Source: Eledone cirrhosa
Taxonomy: Eukaryota
Length of the DNA: 64,000 bases
Direction of reading: 5' to 3'
NCBI GenBank assembly: GCA_964016885.1
Contig: OZ024760.1
Coordinates: 14,260,001 to 14,324,000, forward strand
The position numbers and the translations under genes are program-made. Positions 12,283-26,915 of the stretch are shown here, one piece after another. Each line of letters starts with the position of its first letter. Position 1 is the stretch's first letter. The notes beneath the pieces are model-generated. The model had not been told where the DNA came from and did not search any database. It saw nothing but the letters and a program-made list of their open reading frames with translations.

Positions 12283-12746
12283 CACGTGTATATATATATA
12301 TATACATACATACACGTGTATATATATACATACACATGTGTATATATATATGTATATATATATATATACACATAGATGTATATACATATATATGCATATG
12401 TAGACATATATATAAATATATACATATAAATATACATATATCTACACATATATACATACATATATATACACATATATACATACATATATATACACATATA
12501 TACATACATATATATACACATATATACACATATATACATACATATATATACACATATATACATACATATATATACACATATATACACACACACACATGTA
12601 TATATATATATAGTATAAAAGAGAACTGGATCACAAAAAGCAATTTTCTGCTTCCCTAACTATATATATATACATATATGTTTATACACTTTTTTTCAGT
12701 CTCCTACTTTCTTATGATAGATATCTCCTCTTTAATATGTTTATAT

Positions 12747-12791
<45 letters not shown>

Positions 12792-13118
12792 GAGAAAGAG
12801 AGAGAGAGAGAACACTGGAAGGTAATATCCGTAGTGGTAGAGCACTCCTCAGACCATGGGACGAGTTAGGTAGAAGTGTGTAACCACTTCTATATATATA
12901 TATACACACATACACACACATATGCATGTCTGTATATTTAAAATCAAGTATTCTACATTACATACAGGGTTACAACCAATACACTCTGTACACTACTCAG
13001 TATTAGGATATTTCAATGTTGTTTCTTTGGTTCAATCTGGCAATTGGCTGTTTTCTTATTTTTTCATCTACCATTTCTCTGCTAAAGGGGAAATAAGTTA
13101 TATATGTGTACATATGTA

Positions 13119-13167
<49 letters not shown>

Positions 13168-13865
13168 CTATATATATATATATATACAAACATATATATA
13201 TATATATACAAACATATGTACATATATATGCAAACATATGTACATATATATACATATATATATATGTACATATATATACATATATATATATGTACATATA
13301 TATATGTGTATATATGTCTACATATGTATGTATATATGTGTACGTATGTATGTATATATGTGTACGTATGTATGTATATATGTGTACGTATGTATGTATA
13401 TATGTGTACGTATGTATGCATATATGTGTACATATGTATGTACATATGTGTACATATGTATATATATGTGTACGTATGTATATATATATATACAAATATA
13501 TGTACATACTTATGTACACATATATATATACATACTTATGTACACATATATACATACATATGTACACATATATACAAACATATGTACACATATATTTATA
13601 CATATGTACACATATATCCATACATACATACACATATATACATACGTACACATATATACATACATACGTATACATTCGTACACACATATACATACATACG
13701 TACACATATACATACATATGTACACATATACATATGTACACATATATACATACATATGAACACATATACATACAAATATAAATATATATACATACATACA
13801 TACATATATATATGTGTGTGTATATATATATATGTGTATGTATGCATGTGTGTATGTATATATAA
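12090..13865. repeat. Compound (TA)n/(TACA)n/(GA)n microsatellite field
   Basis: Direct reading; source of many spurious I/Y/H/C-rich ORFs. Confidence 0.95.
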
Positions 13866-14219
13866 CAATCAATATAGATAGTTGTAGTAAGCATTATTAT
13901 TGCTGTTGGTGGTGTTCCCACGGGGTCATCATCAAGTATTTAATTCGACCATTTCTCCTGCTGTGATAGGAGGTCAGTTCTGAAGCAGATCAAGGTATTC
14001 AAAATGGTAACAACGACATTGATGAATAATGGAAGAGAGAACCTTACCATTATAAACTGTCTGTGATTCCATGTTGCTTCCATTTCATAATGTTTTATAG
14101 CATATTGATTACTTTCTCTGTAGTGGCGCTTTGCCAAATTTTGTAAAAGGGGGTTGTAGTTGATGAAATAATCTTCCCAGCATAATATTACTTTTAAGGT
14201 AGTGAATTGGCAAAGCCAG

Positions 14220-15034
14220 TCACCCTTTTGATACCAAACAACCAGGAACCGACACTGGTTCTATGATATAAAACTGTTTGTTTTAAAGTATTTATATTTA
14301 TCTAAAAACCTTCCATCATAATTTTATGTGAGAAACGTTATCAAGTTATGTTCAACAGCCTATGGTTTTTATGATGTAAAACTATTTATCTTAAAGTATT
14401 CATATTTATTTGAAAACCTTACATCATAATTTTATGATAAAACTTTCTTAAGTTATGTTCCAAATACCAGCTTTACTCTTTTGATATCAAACTACCAGAA
14501 ACCACCCTTGGTTCTATGACACAAAACTGTTTATTTTAAAGTGTTTATATTTATCTAAAAACCTTCCAATTTTATGTAAGAACCTTTGTTAAGTTATGTT
14601 CCTAAAAAGTTGTTATCTAAAAACCTTACATGATAATTTTATGTGAGAAACATTAAGTTCAACCACCTATAGTTTTTGATATGAAACTGTTTTAAAGTTT
14701 TCAGATTTAAATAAAAACCTTGCATCATAATTTTATGTAAGAACCTTTCTTAACTTATGTTCCAAATACCAGCTTAACCCTTCTGGTATCAAACAAATTG
14801 AAATAATCCCAGGTTCTATGATAGAAACTGTTTATTTTGAAGTATTTATATTTACCTAAAAACCTTCCAGCATAATTTTATTTAAGAACTTTTGTTAAAT
14901 TCTGTTCCAAACATCAGCTTGAAAATGGAAGTGTCAGTTATCTCACTAAAAATCTCCAAATTCTTGTTTATTTTCAAAATTATTTGAAAATTTTAAGCTG
15001 TCTTTCATTAGAAATATGGCAATGAAAGGGTTAA
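14220..15034 (+). mobile_element. TTAA-flanked MITE family G: tandem partial copies plus a full copy at 14774-15034
   Basis: TTAACCCTT... start and ...GAAAGGGTTAA end; repeated GGTTCTATGATA...AAAACCTTCCATCATAATTTTATG modules; related pieces at ~6670, 7845, 10095, 10620, 23050, 31127. Confidence 0.75.
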
Positions 15035-15199
15035 CATAAATACCATTTCATAAAAACATTTTATTCTAAAGTTAAAATGTATTCTTGAAGAAGACATGAA
15101 GGTCACAGCTTCACATTTATCTCTTACTCCCCCCCCCCCCTCTCTCTCTCTATTTTACTCTTCTATAATTTAAAGGTTTCCTGCTAAAGTAAGGAAAAA

Positions 15200-16275
15200 A
15201 TCATCATGATTATCATCACCATCAACATCATCACCGCCATCAACACCATTAATACCACCACCCCTATCATCATCATCACCATCATAAACACCGCCATCAT
15301 CATCACCACCACCATCATCATCAACACCACCACCACCATCATCATCAACACCACTTTCATCATCACCACCACCACTACCACCACCATCATCATCAACACC
15401 ACTAGCATCATCATCAACACCACCACCATCATCATCATCAACGCCACTAGCACCATCATCACCAACACCACCACCACCATCAATACAACCACTAACATTA
15501 TCATGAAAACCAGCATCATCACCATCATCATTATTATTAACATATATATATATCACCACCACCACCACCACCATGAAATGGTCTTTTCAGCTACGTTAGA
15601 AGATTGAAGAGCTTCTAGGCAGGTCTGTGAATGATCTTTAGAAAATAGTATTCCTTAGAAGTGTATCTATTACCACTGTTATTATTACCACTACTATTAT
15701 TACTACCACCACCACTACTACTACCACTGCTACTACTACATCATCATAACCACCACTACCACTTCATCATCATCATTACTACCACCACCACCACTACTAC
15801 TACTACTACCACTGCTACTACTACATCATCATAACCACCACTACCACCACTACTACACCAGCATCATCATCATAATCACCACCACCACCACCACTAACAC
15901 TATATCATCACCACCACCGCCAATACATCATCACCACCACCACCACAACCACTACCATCACCACCATCACTTCCACTACCACCACCACTACAACATCACC
16001 ACCACCATTACTATCACCACCACCACTACATCATCACCACCACCACAACCACTACCATCACCACCACCACCACAACATCACCACCATCAACATCACTTCC
16101 ACCACCACCACTACACCATCACCACCACCTTCACCACTACTACACCACCACCACCACTACCATCACCATCACTACAACATCACCACCACCACCACCACCA
16201 CTACAACATCACCATCACCATCACCCACCACTACTACTACACCACCACCATCACCATCACCACCACCACCACTAT
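15200..16275. repeat. (CAT/CAC/CTA)n triplet low-complexity field
   Basis: Direct reading. Confidence 0.9.
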
Positions 16276-16552
16276 GGTTTTTCATATGTATGATATTAAC
16301 TTTCAGGGAATTTTAACCAGACTATTGATTTTTTTTTTGCTTCCTTCTACCCCCCCCCCACACACACCATCCCTGCTATCCTCTTCTCCATTAACCAGTT
16401 CCTTCTTCCCCCATCCCCAGCCACTTCCCACCATGGCTCTCTATCACTATCTCTTTATCTCTCACCTCCTCTTCCTCTTCCCTTCCTCTCTCACACATCA
16501 CTGCTAAATATCATGCTCTTTCACAGCCAGTTCCACCATTACCAATAGTTGA

Positions 16553-16711
<159 letters not shown>

Positions 16712-16748
16712 AAAGATAGATAGAAATATGGTAAGTTGATAGATAGGT

Positions 16749-16794
<46 letters not shown>

Positions 16795-16894
16795 TGATAG
16801 TTGATGGATAGATAGATAAATAGATAGATAGATAGATAGACAACTACATAAATAGAAAGTTAATCGATAGAAAGATACATACATACATACATAC

Positions 16895-17085
16895 ATACAT
16901 ATAACATGGTGGCTGCCAACTCGTTTTCGAGTACGGCCACTACTTTATATCCATGTAGGAAAACCCCTATCGATGCGCTGAATGAGTGTGACTTTTTAGT
17001 CCAGCCAGCGACTTGAAAACTCTGGTACAAACACTACACTTGTGACAATTATTGACACATAGTGCTGGGCCCATGGTACCATGTG
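16895..17085 (-). mobile_element. RTE/BovB-type LINE 3' end with terminal C2H2 finger
   Basis: CSVCTRVFKSLAGLKSHTHSAH; 3' hairpin ACTCG-AAAA-CGAGT; (TATG)n tail; related copy at 39290-39490. Confidence 0.7.
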
Positions 17086-17675
17086 ACGACAAGTGCAGAG
17101 ATCTCCAGAAATAAAGCAATGCCTGTGCCGTGAAGCTTTTATAGTGAGCAAAGGCACTGCACAAAGATGACACCTTAGCCTTTGTCAAGGCAGAATTCTA
17201 GGAGAAGGAAAACTCTGATATAACACCTGCAACCCTGATGGTATCCAATGATGTTGACTTGTTCTTCTTTTTGGTAAATATCATCTTGGTTAAGAGACAT
17301 AACATACATACATAGATACATACATACATATAACATACATACATAGATATATATACATACATACATATAACATACATACATACATACATAGATAGATAGA
17401 TACATACATATAACATACATACATACATATAACATACATATAACATACATACATAGATACATACATATAACATACATACATAGATAGATACATACATATA
17501 ACATAGATAGATAGATGGTAAGGTGATAGCATTCCTTAGATTTCTTGAACACGGCCCAGTTCATCAAGTGAGCTTAGTTCGATTACACAACGAACATCAT
17601 GGAAGAGAACAGAACCCAGCAGCAGTTAGAGTCTTTATGTAAATGGAAAGATACTCTGCCAAACTAACACCATAA

Positions 17676-18020
17676 TAATTGTTTCTACTTTTGGCACAAA
17701 ACCAGCAATTACTCCAGTACATTACTGGTATTTTATTTTATCAACCCCTGTAAGGATGAAAGGCAAAGTTAACCTTGGCAGGATTTGAACTTAGAACGTA
17801 AAGGGCCATAACTCTATGCTGCAAAGCATGGTGTCTGATGCTCTACCGATACTGCCAATCAGCACGATAATATTTGTTTCTGATTTAGGTACAAGGCCAA
17901 CAAATTTGGGAGATGGTGAAAGTTGATTAAATTAACCCAGTGCATTACTGGTACTTTATTTTATCGACTCCATAAGGATGAAAGGCTAAGCCAACCTAGG
18001 TAGGTCTTGAACTTAGAATG
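17676..18020 (-). mobile_element. Two adjacent family-A-type SINE copies
   Basis: Reverse complement of the family A core at 17676-17862 and 17870-18020. Confidence 0.8.
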
Positions 18021-18161
18021 TAATAATAATAACAATGATTTTTTTTTATTATTGGCCACAAGGACCGAACATAGGGGACAAAAGAAAGACGGGGACTCGA
18101 ACATTGAGTTCTTGCCATTTCAACAGCTAGTTCCAGACTGATATATATATATATATATATA

Positions 18162-18241
18162 TTAGGTTGTAACATAAATTCCCGCCGATCTGTGAAAACA
18201 AACAAATTATAACAACGGCGGGAATTTGTGTTACTACCCAA
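18162..18241. mobile_element. 80-bp mariner-type mini-MITE
   Basis: 26-bp imperfect TIRs TTAGGTTGTAACATAAATTCCCGCCG / CGGCGGGAATTTGTGTTACTACCCAA inside (TA)n (TA target). Confidence 0.75.
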
Positions 18242-19322
18242 TATATATATATATGGTATGGACCCGTAATTCCTTAGGAGTTGTAGAGGGCACCATATTG
18301 ATATACAGCGTTTCCAGGGCATTTTTAAAACCTGGCAGAACCCATCTCCTCTCCAGGCCTGTACACATATACAAATGGTAGGCTTCCATGCAGTTTCCAT
18401 CAACCAATTGCCTCACAAAGCAATAATCAGCATGAAGCTATCATGTGAAGACACACACATATATATACACACATATATACACACATACATATATATACAC
18501 ACACACACACACATATATACACACATATATACACACACACACATGTATACACACATATATACACACACACATATATATATATACACACACATACATATAT
18601 ATATATACACACACATATACACACATACATATATACACACATACATATATACACACATATATACACACACATACATATATACACACATACATATATACAC
18701 ACATATATATATACACACACACATGTATACACACACACACACACAAACACACACACATACAACTGATGGGTTTTCACTTACTAGATTCACTTACAAGGTA
18801 TCCTTGGCCCGAAGCTATCAAATAATCTAAAAGGAACATTTAACTACTCTGTTAAAAGGTCATGTGAAGTCCAGAGAGAGAGAGAGAGTGGGGGGAGAGA
18901 AGGTGTGAGGGAGAGGGAGAGGAGGGATATACATATATCATCATCATCATCACCGTTTTTACATCCGTTCTTCCATGCTAGCATGGGTTATAACATATAT
19001 ATATATAACATATATATATATATAACATATATATATATGTGTGTGGGTGTATATATATATACATATATAGAGAGATAAATCTACACATACACACACACAC
19101 ACACACACATATATAGATATATATATAACGAGATAAATCTACACATATGTATGTATGTATATATATAGAGAGAGATGAAAGAGAAATGAGAGAGAGAGAG
19201 AGGAAAAGAAAGGGAAAGAGAGAAAAAGAGATGAAGGAAAAGATAAGAACAGTAAATGAAGGAGAATAGAAAGGAAAAATAAAGGTAAAGAGAAAGAAAA
19301 GGAGAGAAGAAGGAATATAAAG

Positions 19323-19385
<63 letters not shown>

Positions 19386-19614
19386 GATAAAGGGAAAGAT
19401 AAGGGGAAAGAGAAAGGGAGAGACAGAGCTCCCTTATATATTTTAACCAATAATTTCAAGTTTAACTGCAGTTATATAGGTAAGTAGGTCAGGTTGAATG
19501 ATTTAGGGGTAACAAGGAGATCTCCCATTATAGTTGCTTTCTGAATTTAATTTTCTATTTTATTGGTAGGTAAACTGCACAGAATGAAATGGAGAATTGT
19601 TTAAATTTAGCAGA

Positions 19615-20560
19615 CAACCATCCAACCAGCCAACCAGTTAACCAACCATCTAGTCAGCCATCCAACCAACCATCTAGTCAGCCATCCATCCAACCAACCA
19701 GCCAACCATCTAGTCAGCCATCCAACCAACCAACCATCTAGTCAGCCATCCATCCAACCAACCAGTCAGCCATCCATCCAACCAACCATCTAGTCAGCCA
19801 TCCAACCAACCAACCATCTAGTCAGCCATCCATCCAACCAACCAGTCAGCCATCCATCCAACCAACCATCTAGTCAGCCATCCAACCAACCAACCATCTA
19901 GTCAGCCATCCATCCAACCAACCAGTCAGCCATCCATCCAACCAACCAACCAGCCAGCCATCCATCCAACCAACCAACCATCTAGTCAGCCATCCATCCA
20001 ACCAACCAGCCAGCCATCCATCCAACCAACCAGCCAGCCATCCATCCAACCAACCAGTCAGCCATCCAACCAACCAACCATCTAGTCAGCCATCCATCCA
20101 ACCAACCAGTCAGCCATCCAACCAACCAACCATCTAGTCAGCCATCCATCCAACCAACCAGTCAGCCATCCAACCAACCACCAACCAGCCAACCAGCCAT
20201 CTAACCAACCAACCAGCCAGCCATCCATCCAACCAACCAACCATCTAGTCACCCATCCATCCAACCAACCAGCCAGCCATCCAACCAACCAACCATCTAG
20301 TCAACCAACCAACCAGTCAGCCATCCATCCAACCAACCAGCCAACCATCTACTCAGCCATCCATCCAACCAACCAGCCAACCATCTAGTCAGCCATCCAT
20401 CCAACCAACCAACCAGCCAACCATCTAGTCAGCCATCCATCCAACCAACCAACCAGCCAACCATCTAGTCAGCCATCCAACCAACCAACCAACCAACCAG
20501 CCAACCATCTACTCAGCCAACCAGCCAACCAACCAACCATCTAGTCAGCCATCCAGCCAA
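19615..20560. repeat. Compound tetranucleotide satellite (CCAA/CCAT/CCAG with TCTAGTCAG spacer)
   Basis: Direct reading. Confidence 0.95.
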
Positions 20561-20940
20561 CTGGAAAATCAAGAATTCATCGCTGTTTTTTCTTCTTCTT
20601 CATCATCATCATCACCAACATTACTATCAATGCTATTGCCAACACCATCACCACCAACATCATCAACATTACTATCAACACCATCGCTAACATTATCATC
20701 GTCACCAACATCACCATTACTACCATCATCAAAATCATCATCATCAACAACATCACTAACATCAACATCATTACCACCACCACCATCACCAACATCATCA
20801 CCACCATCACCACCATCATCAACAACATCATCATCAATATCATCACCACCATCACCATCATCAACTAAAAGGCTGCCAATATCTCTGACAATATTAGTTG
20901 CTCTGTTGTGTGAAATGGTATCAAACCGACTGAAGATAAT

Positions 20941-21096
20941 TAGCAGTAACGACAACGTTCGTTTATTAGCAGTAACGACAACCTTCGTTTATTAGCAGTA
21001 ACGACAACCTTCGTTTATTAGCAGTAACGACAACCTTCGTTTATTAGCAGTAACGACAACCTTCGTTTATTAGCAGTAACGACAACCTTCGTTTAT
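20941..21096 (+). repeat. 26-bp tandem repeat x6
   Basis: TAGCAGTAACGACAACCTTCGTTTAT, near-perfect, no spacers. Confidence 0.95.
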
Positions 21097-21506
21097 TCAT
21101 AGCAAATTAAAATTGGAAAAATCACATTATTGGGGAATTCATTGAAATCAATTCCATTTTAATTTTCTAGAAATATGCACAGACAGCGACACACATACAC
21201 ACATAGATACACACACACATGCACAGACACATAGATATACAAATGCACAGGCAAACGGACATTTATACACAAATGCATACACTAACACACACACTTAAAT
21301 AATGCATACATACATTCACATAAACATTCACAAACATACACATACATAGAAACATGCTTACACACAGGTGGTTTGTTTACAAACAACATGCTTACATGCA
21401 CCTGCACACATAGAGAGAGAAACATACATTCAAATGCTTACAAATACCAGTAGACACACTCACAAACATTGCTAACACGTACCAGTAGACAAATAGGGGT
21501 GAAAAT

Positions 21507-21640
21507 AACCTCCGAGCTATGCACTTTATCTAGTAACGTTCCTCCAAAGGGTCTTTGGAGGAACCCCATTTCGGCCACTTGTATTTGCGATCGTATTCTT
21601 TCAGTCATTACCCAAGATTTGTGACCATAGGTAAGAGTTG
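21507..21640 (-). mobile_element. RTE-clade (Rex3/Expander-like) RT fragment
   Basis: Minus-strand translation TLTYGHKSWVMTERIRSQIQVAEMGFLQRPFGGTLLDKVHSSEV resembles the Rex3/Expander LTYGHE.WVMTER..S.IQAAEM.FLR motif. Confidence 0.8.
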
Positions 21641-21799
21641 ATAAGTTTTGAAAAAAACGTACAATGGGGTAGAAATATATAAAGGCAATGCCAGGTCAGG
21701 TGACCATGTCTTGCTCATACAGAACTGATTTTGGCTTGATTTCTACAGCTGGATGCCCTTCCTAACACCAACCATGCATATTGTAAATGCCTGCACAAT

Positions 21800-22335
21800 G
21801 CTCACATAAAAGGATCACAAAAGGTGCTGCAATAAAGTGTGCAAACTCCTTCACTGGAGCTTACGTCAAAAGTACAGATTTGTAGTTGTTCAGAAATGGT
21901 ACCAACAAAAACTAGAAAACGTGGTAAGAACTGAAAATGCCAAAATCTTGTGTGGGACTTTATGGTTCAAACAGATCCAGTTATTTAGCATAGAAAGTCT
22001 GACACCATTGTGGTTAATAAGAATGAGAACAAGCGTTGGATAATTGATGTGGCAGATGAAAGAAAAACCAAAACAAAAATAACCCCCCCCCCCCCCCCCC
22101 CAAATTGACTACTCCTCTGAGTTAAGAGTTGAAATTGTTAGGGTGTGGGACAAAAAACATGAAAATGATACCAATAGTGACAGGAGGAATATGACGACTG
22201 GCTGCAAAAAAAATATTTGAGTGTTATTTGAAGGAAATTGGCATTTCATCAAATATAACCATTCTGTAAAAATCTGCTTCATTGAGAACTGTGAACATTC
22301 TGTGCTGTGCATAGTTCTTTCAATCTGAGGTCATT
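21800..22335 (+). mobile_element. R4/Dong-type non-LTR retrotransposon remnant (restriction-like endonuclease domain)
   Basis: Frameshifted translation KVCKLLHWSL..KY....KWY....V..ENAKIL/WDFMVQTD..I.HRKSD.IVVNKNE...IIDVA, then ELRVEIVRVW; stops and frameshifts present. Confidence 0.8.
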
Positions 22336-22351
22336 TCACTTGATTGAAAGA

Positions 22352-22778
22352 TTAACTCTTTAGCATTTACATTACTCTATATTGACTATTGTATTTTTGG
22401 GGTAAAGTCTTTACCTCACATAATTATCTCACATAATATCAAATCTACAAGATTTTGATGTTATATATTTTGAGAACAATACCATAACATAAGTATGAGT
22501 GGCCAGTTACAGCCAGTTTGAACAGAAAGAGGTGTGAGAATTCTGGCTGGATACAATGGGTTTAACCATTTAGTATTTACATTACTCTACATTTACTATT
22601 GTATATTCATGGTAAAGGCTTTTACCTCACATAATATCAAATCTACGAAATGTTGATGTTATTTATTTTGAGAACAATACCTTAACATAAGTTTGAGTGG
22701 CCAGTTACAGCCAGTCTAAACAGAAAGAGGTGAGAGAATTCTGGCTGGATATGGCCAGTTTAAATACTAAAGGGTTAA
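22352..22778 (+). mobile_element. Tandem dimer of MITE family B joined at a TTAA
   Basis: Copy 1 at 22352-22565, copy 2 at 22562-22778; TIR CCCTTTAGCATTTA / TAAATACTAAAGGG. Confidence 0.85.
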
Positions 22779-23307
22779 ATACCATCACCAGTGTAAGAAC
22801 TGAGCAAACTTGGAATAATAATAATATGAAAATTAACTACTGAAGCAGTTTATGTGAACTTACCTTAAGTATAATGGTAAAAGTTATGGTTACATTCCCC
22901 TTAGCAGCAATAGCAGCGGCAGCAGCAGCATGTTTTAAGTGTTTCAGGTAAACTTAATCCATTTAATCAAGATTATTTCATCCTGAAATAATAAAAAGAA
23001 ACAAACATAAGATTTTTTTCTTCTAATATATTTGATTATGGAGAATTTGGAGAATTTTTATTTAACACTTTTGATTCAAACTCGCCTAAAATTGCCTTTA
23101 GTTCTTTGAAACAAAACCTTCCATTTAAAATGGTTCCTATTTAAATTACATTTTTAGTAAATCCCTAAAAATTCTTCATTAACTCTTGGAAACAGACTCC
23201 TTGGTCTGAACTAACAATCAGTCCTTTCTTTCCTTTTTTTCCTTCATTAGAAATAGGGTCAGAAAAGGGTTTAAATAAATAGAAATAGAATTCTTTCGTA
23301 CATACAA

Positions 23308-23354
<47 letters not shown>

Positions 23355-25791
23355 TACACACTATATATGAAACATATATATATATATATCAAACACAAAT
23401 TTAAATTTTGAAAACCAAACAATGTGTTAGAAAGAACATTAAATCGCCAAGATAAAAGAATCTTACTTTAGCAAATTTAATGATCCCAAATATATGAATC
23501 AACAACCACTATATGCTAAGACAATCCTTGATAAAGGTTACTCTAACTCTGAACTTGAAAGACCGAAAACGATATCTCATTTACCTATATATATATATAT
23601 ATAATTAGTTTTGTGGAGCCTTAATTTTAGGAAAGGGAAATTTTTGTGAAATTTGTGACATTGATGCATATCCTATTGGTATAAATGATGAGACACGTGA
23701 ATGAATTAAAATACAGATTGCTGACTCAGTTCACTAGAGAGTTACTTTATCATCTAAGCCCCCCCCCCTCTCTCTCTCAATGCTAATTTAGTAGTTATGA
23801 ATAATTTAAGAGAATTGGATTGTTTTTTTTTTTTTTGTTACTTTTCTAAAGATGGTGGTTTATTGTTGTTGTTGGTGGTGGCAGCAGTTGTGATGGTGAT
23901 GTTTTATTGTTGGTGGTGGTCACAGTTGTGATGGTGTTAGTAGTGCTGGTGTAGGTGATGGTGTTTGTAGTGGTGATGGTGTTAGTAGTGATGGTGTTGG
24001 TGATGGTGTTTATAGTGGTGATGGTGATGGTGTTGGTGATGGTGTTAGTAGTGCTGGTGTAGGTGATGGTGTTTGTAGTGGTGATGGTGTTAGTAGTGCT
24101 GGTGTAGGTGATGGTGTTAGTAGTGCTGGTGTAGGTGATGGTGTTTGTAGTGGTGATGGTGTTTGTAGTGGTGATGGTGTTAGTAGTGCTGGTGTAGGTG
24201 ATGGTGGTGTTGGTAGTGATGGTGTTGGTGATGGTGTTTGTAGTGGTGATGGTGATGGTGTTGGTAGTGCTGGTGGTGGCAGTGGTGATGTTGTTGGTAG
24301 TGAATAGATGATTAGTTGATAACACCATTGCACAAGAAATATGTTGTGACACACACACATACAAATACGTCCATACACAAATATACACACACAAATACAA
24401 ATCCACATACTAAGATGTGTAAACACACACAAACACGCACACACACATACATATGCCCAGATACACACAAACACACATACAGACAAACACATACATATAT
24501 GCACAGACACATACAAACATGCACACACATACACAAACACACACATATACAAACACTCACACAGACACACACATACACATGCATACAAACACACACATAT
24601 GCACAGACACACACAAACACATGCACATACATACACACACACAGACAAACACTGACACACCAACACACAGAAACATGCCCCGGCACATACACACACAACT
24701 CGATCATCAACCCAACCTACCCACAACCACCGACTTCCTACCCACCCAACCATCCAAAATAATAAAAAAAAGACAGAACAGAATTAACCCACCACACACA
24801 ACACGCCATCTTCATTAGGAACCCACAACCCTATATACTGCCTTAAGGAAAAAAAAACCTCCTAAAACTATACATTAAGAAAATATAGATTAAAAATTAA
24901 AATAAAAACTCCCTCTCCTCTCCCGTGGTGTATTGTTCCCCCTGTTTATTCCACGGTAATGAAGAAACAAGAAATTTAAAAAATAATAATAGTAATAATA
25001 ATAATAATAATTATAAAATACAATTCATGACAAACAAAACAAAACAAAACAAAACAAAAAAAAAAAAGCAGGGCAACCTGTCTAAACTAAAGTGAGTTCT
25101 CCAAAAGTGATGCAATGCACAACATGAGAAAGAGAGCTAGTCAGGATGATGATGGTGGTGGTGGTGGTGGTGGGTGATGGTGGTCGGTGACAGTGGTGGT
25201 GGTGGTGGATGGTTGATGATGGTGCTGATGATGGTTGATCGTGGTGGTGGTTGATGGTGATGGTGATGGTGGTGCTAGTGGCAGTGGTGGTTGATGATGG
25301 TTGACGATGGTGGGTAGTGGTGGTATTGGTGGTGGTTGATGGTGGCAGCGGTGATGATGGTGGTGGTAGTGGGGGCACAGAAAGCAATCCTAATTCTGAG
25401 AAGAAAAAAACTAGTGGAGGTGGAGGGTAGTGAGGTGGGGTAGGTAGGGGGTAGGTACGGGGGGGGGGGGGGGGGGGGGTCTACTTGAAGTGGGAACAGA
25501 AGCTTCATGTGTTTAATTAACGATGTATTATAATTTGTATTTAGCATCATCCCCGAACAAGGATTTTAATTTTAAAACATTTGATAAAAACAAATAGCAA
25601 AAGAAAAAAAACTAAAACACATACACAGCACATACATACAGACACACAGCACATATATACACAGCACACACACACATACACACATTCATACATACACGCA
25701 CAGCACACACACACATACATACAGAGCACATACATTCACACACAGCACACACACATACATACATGCACAGCTCACACATACACAGAACAGC

Positions 25792-25831
<40 letters not shown>

Positions 25832-26286
25832 CACATACATACACACACAACACACACATACACACACACACATACATGCACAGCTCACACATACACACAC
25901 AACACCTACATACACACACAAACAAACATGGTTTAAAAACACACAAACACTGGAACCATATTCAGTTTGGAATATTTCCAAAGAGAAAAATTTATAAAGA
26001 ATAAAAAAAAAAATTAAGCAAATTTTTCTTTCTTTATTTTATATTTATATATATATTATTTTATATTTATTTATATCTATATATATAAATTTATTTTTTT
26101 GAAATTCTAGAAATTAAAAAAATTACGAAAGAAAAAAAAATTTAACTCCTCCGCCACCACCACATCATTGCCATCCCCCACCTCCTCGTCACCCCCACCA
26201 TCATATATATGTGTGCGTGTGTGTACATATGTATATATATATATATGTATATACATATGTATATATATATATGTGTGTATATATAA

Positions 26287-26327
<41 letters not shown>

Positions 26328-26596
26328 CGTGCGTGCGTGTGTGTGTGTATATATATATATAAATCAAAGTATAGAAATTATATATATATATGTGTGTGTG
26401 TGTTGTGTGTAGGCTCCAGAGTGGTGTTGGAAGGGGGTGGCTTAACCACAATTAACAAAGGTACTCAATACATTAGTAGAGTATAGGCATCTTTATGATA
26501 TGATATATAAAAATGACTTCTACAAGATTAGAATTGTTCTTTCCTTATGATTTCATATAAATGAAACAGTTCTAGTCCTGCAGAAATCATTCCTAT

Positions 26597-26641
<45 letters not shown>

Positions 26642-26875
26642 GTCTTCTACAGGACTAGAACTGTTTCATTCGAAGGAAATCATCAATTAGGATTACTCTC
26701 TGTACCCCAGCCCCACCCACCACCACCACCACCATCTTCCTGACTAGTTCCCTTTTCCATGTGGTGCATTGCATCACTTTTGGGGAACTCATTTTGGTTT
26801 AGACAGGTTGCCCTGCTTTTTTTATTTTTTTGTCATGAATCATATTTTATAATTATTATTATTATTATCAGGCAA

Positions 26876-26915
26876 GCCCTGATGATTTCCTTCTAATGAA
26901 ACAGTTCTAGTCCTG
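26876..26915 (+). ncRNA. Degenerate hammerhead-like motif, with related copies at ~26545(+) and ~26650(-)
   Basis: CTGATGA-tttccttctaat-GAAA-cagttctag-TC; the minus copy keeps ttc/gaa stem II. Confidence 0.35.

Noticed and set aside
11825-13921. Many I/Y/H/C/V-rich ORFs
   Set aside because: Translations of TA/CA microsatellites
13955-14140. Possible short exons (AG...GT on either strand)
   Set aside because: No recognisable protein similarity; splice-like signals are expected by chance
16967-17045. C2H2 zinc-finger gene exon
   Set aside because: Single finger followed by an RTE-type hairpin and tail; explained as a LINE 3' end
20941-21096. CRISPR-length 26-bp repeat (also 27541, 50575, 11161)
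   Set aside because: Contiguous tandem units with no unique spacers, no cas genes, eukaryotic context
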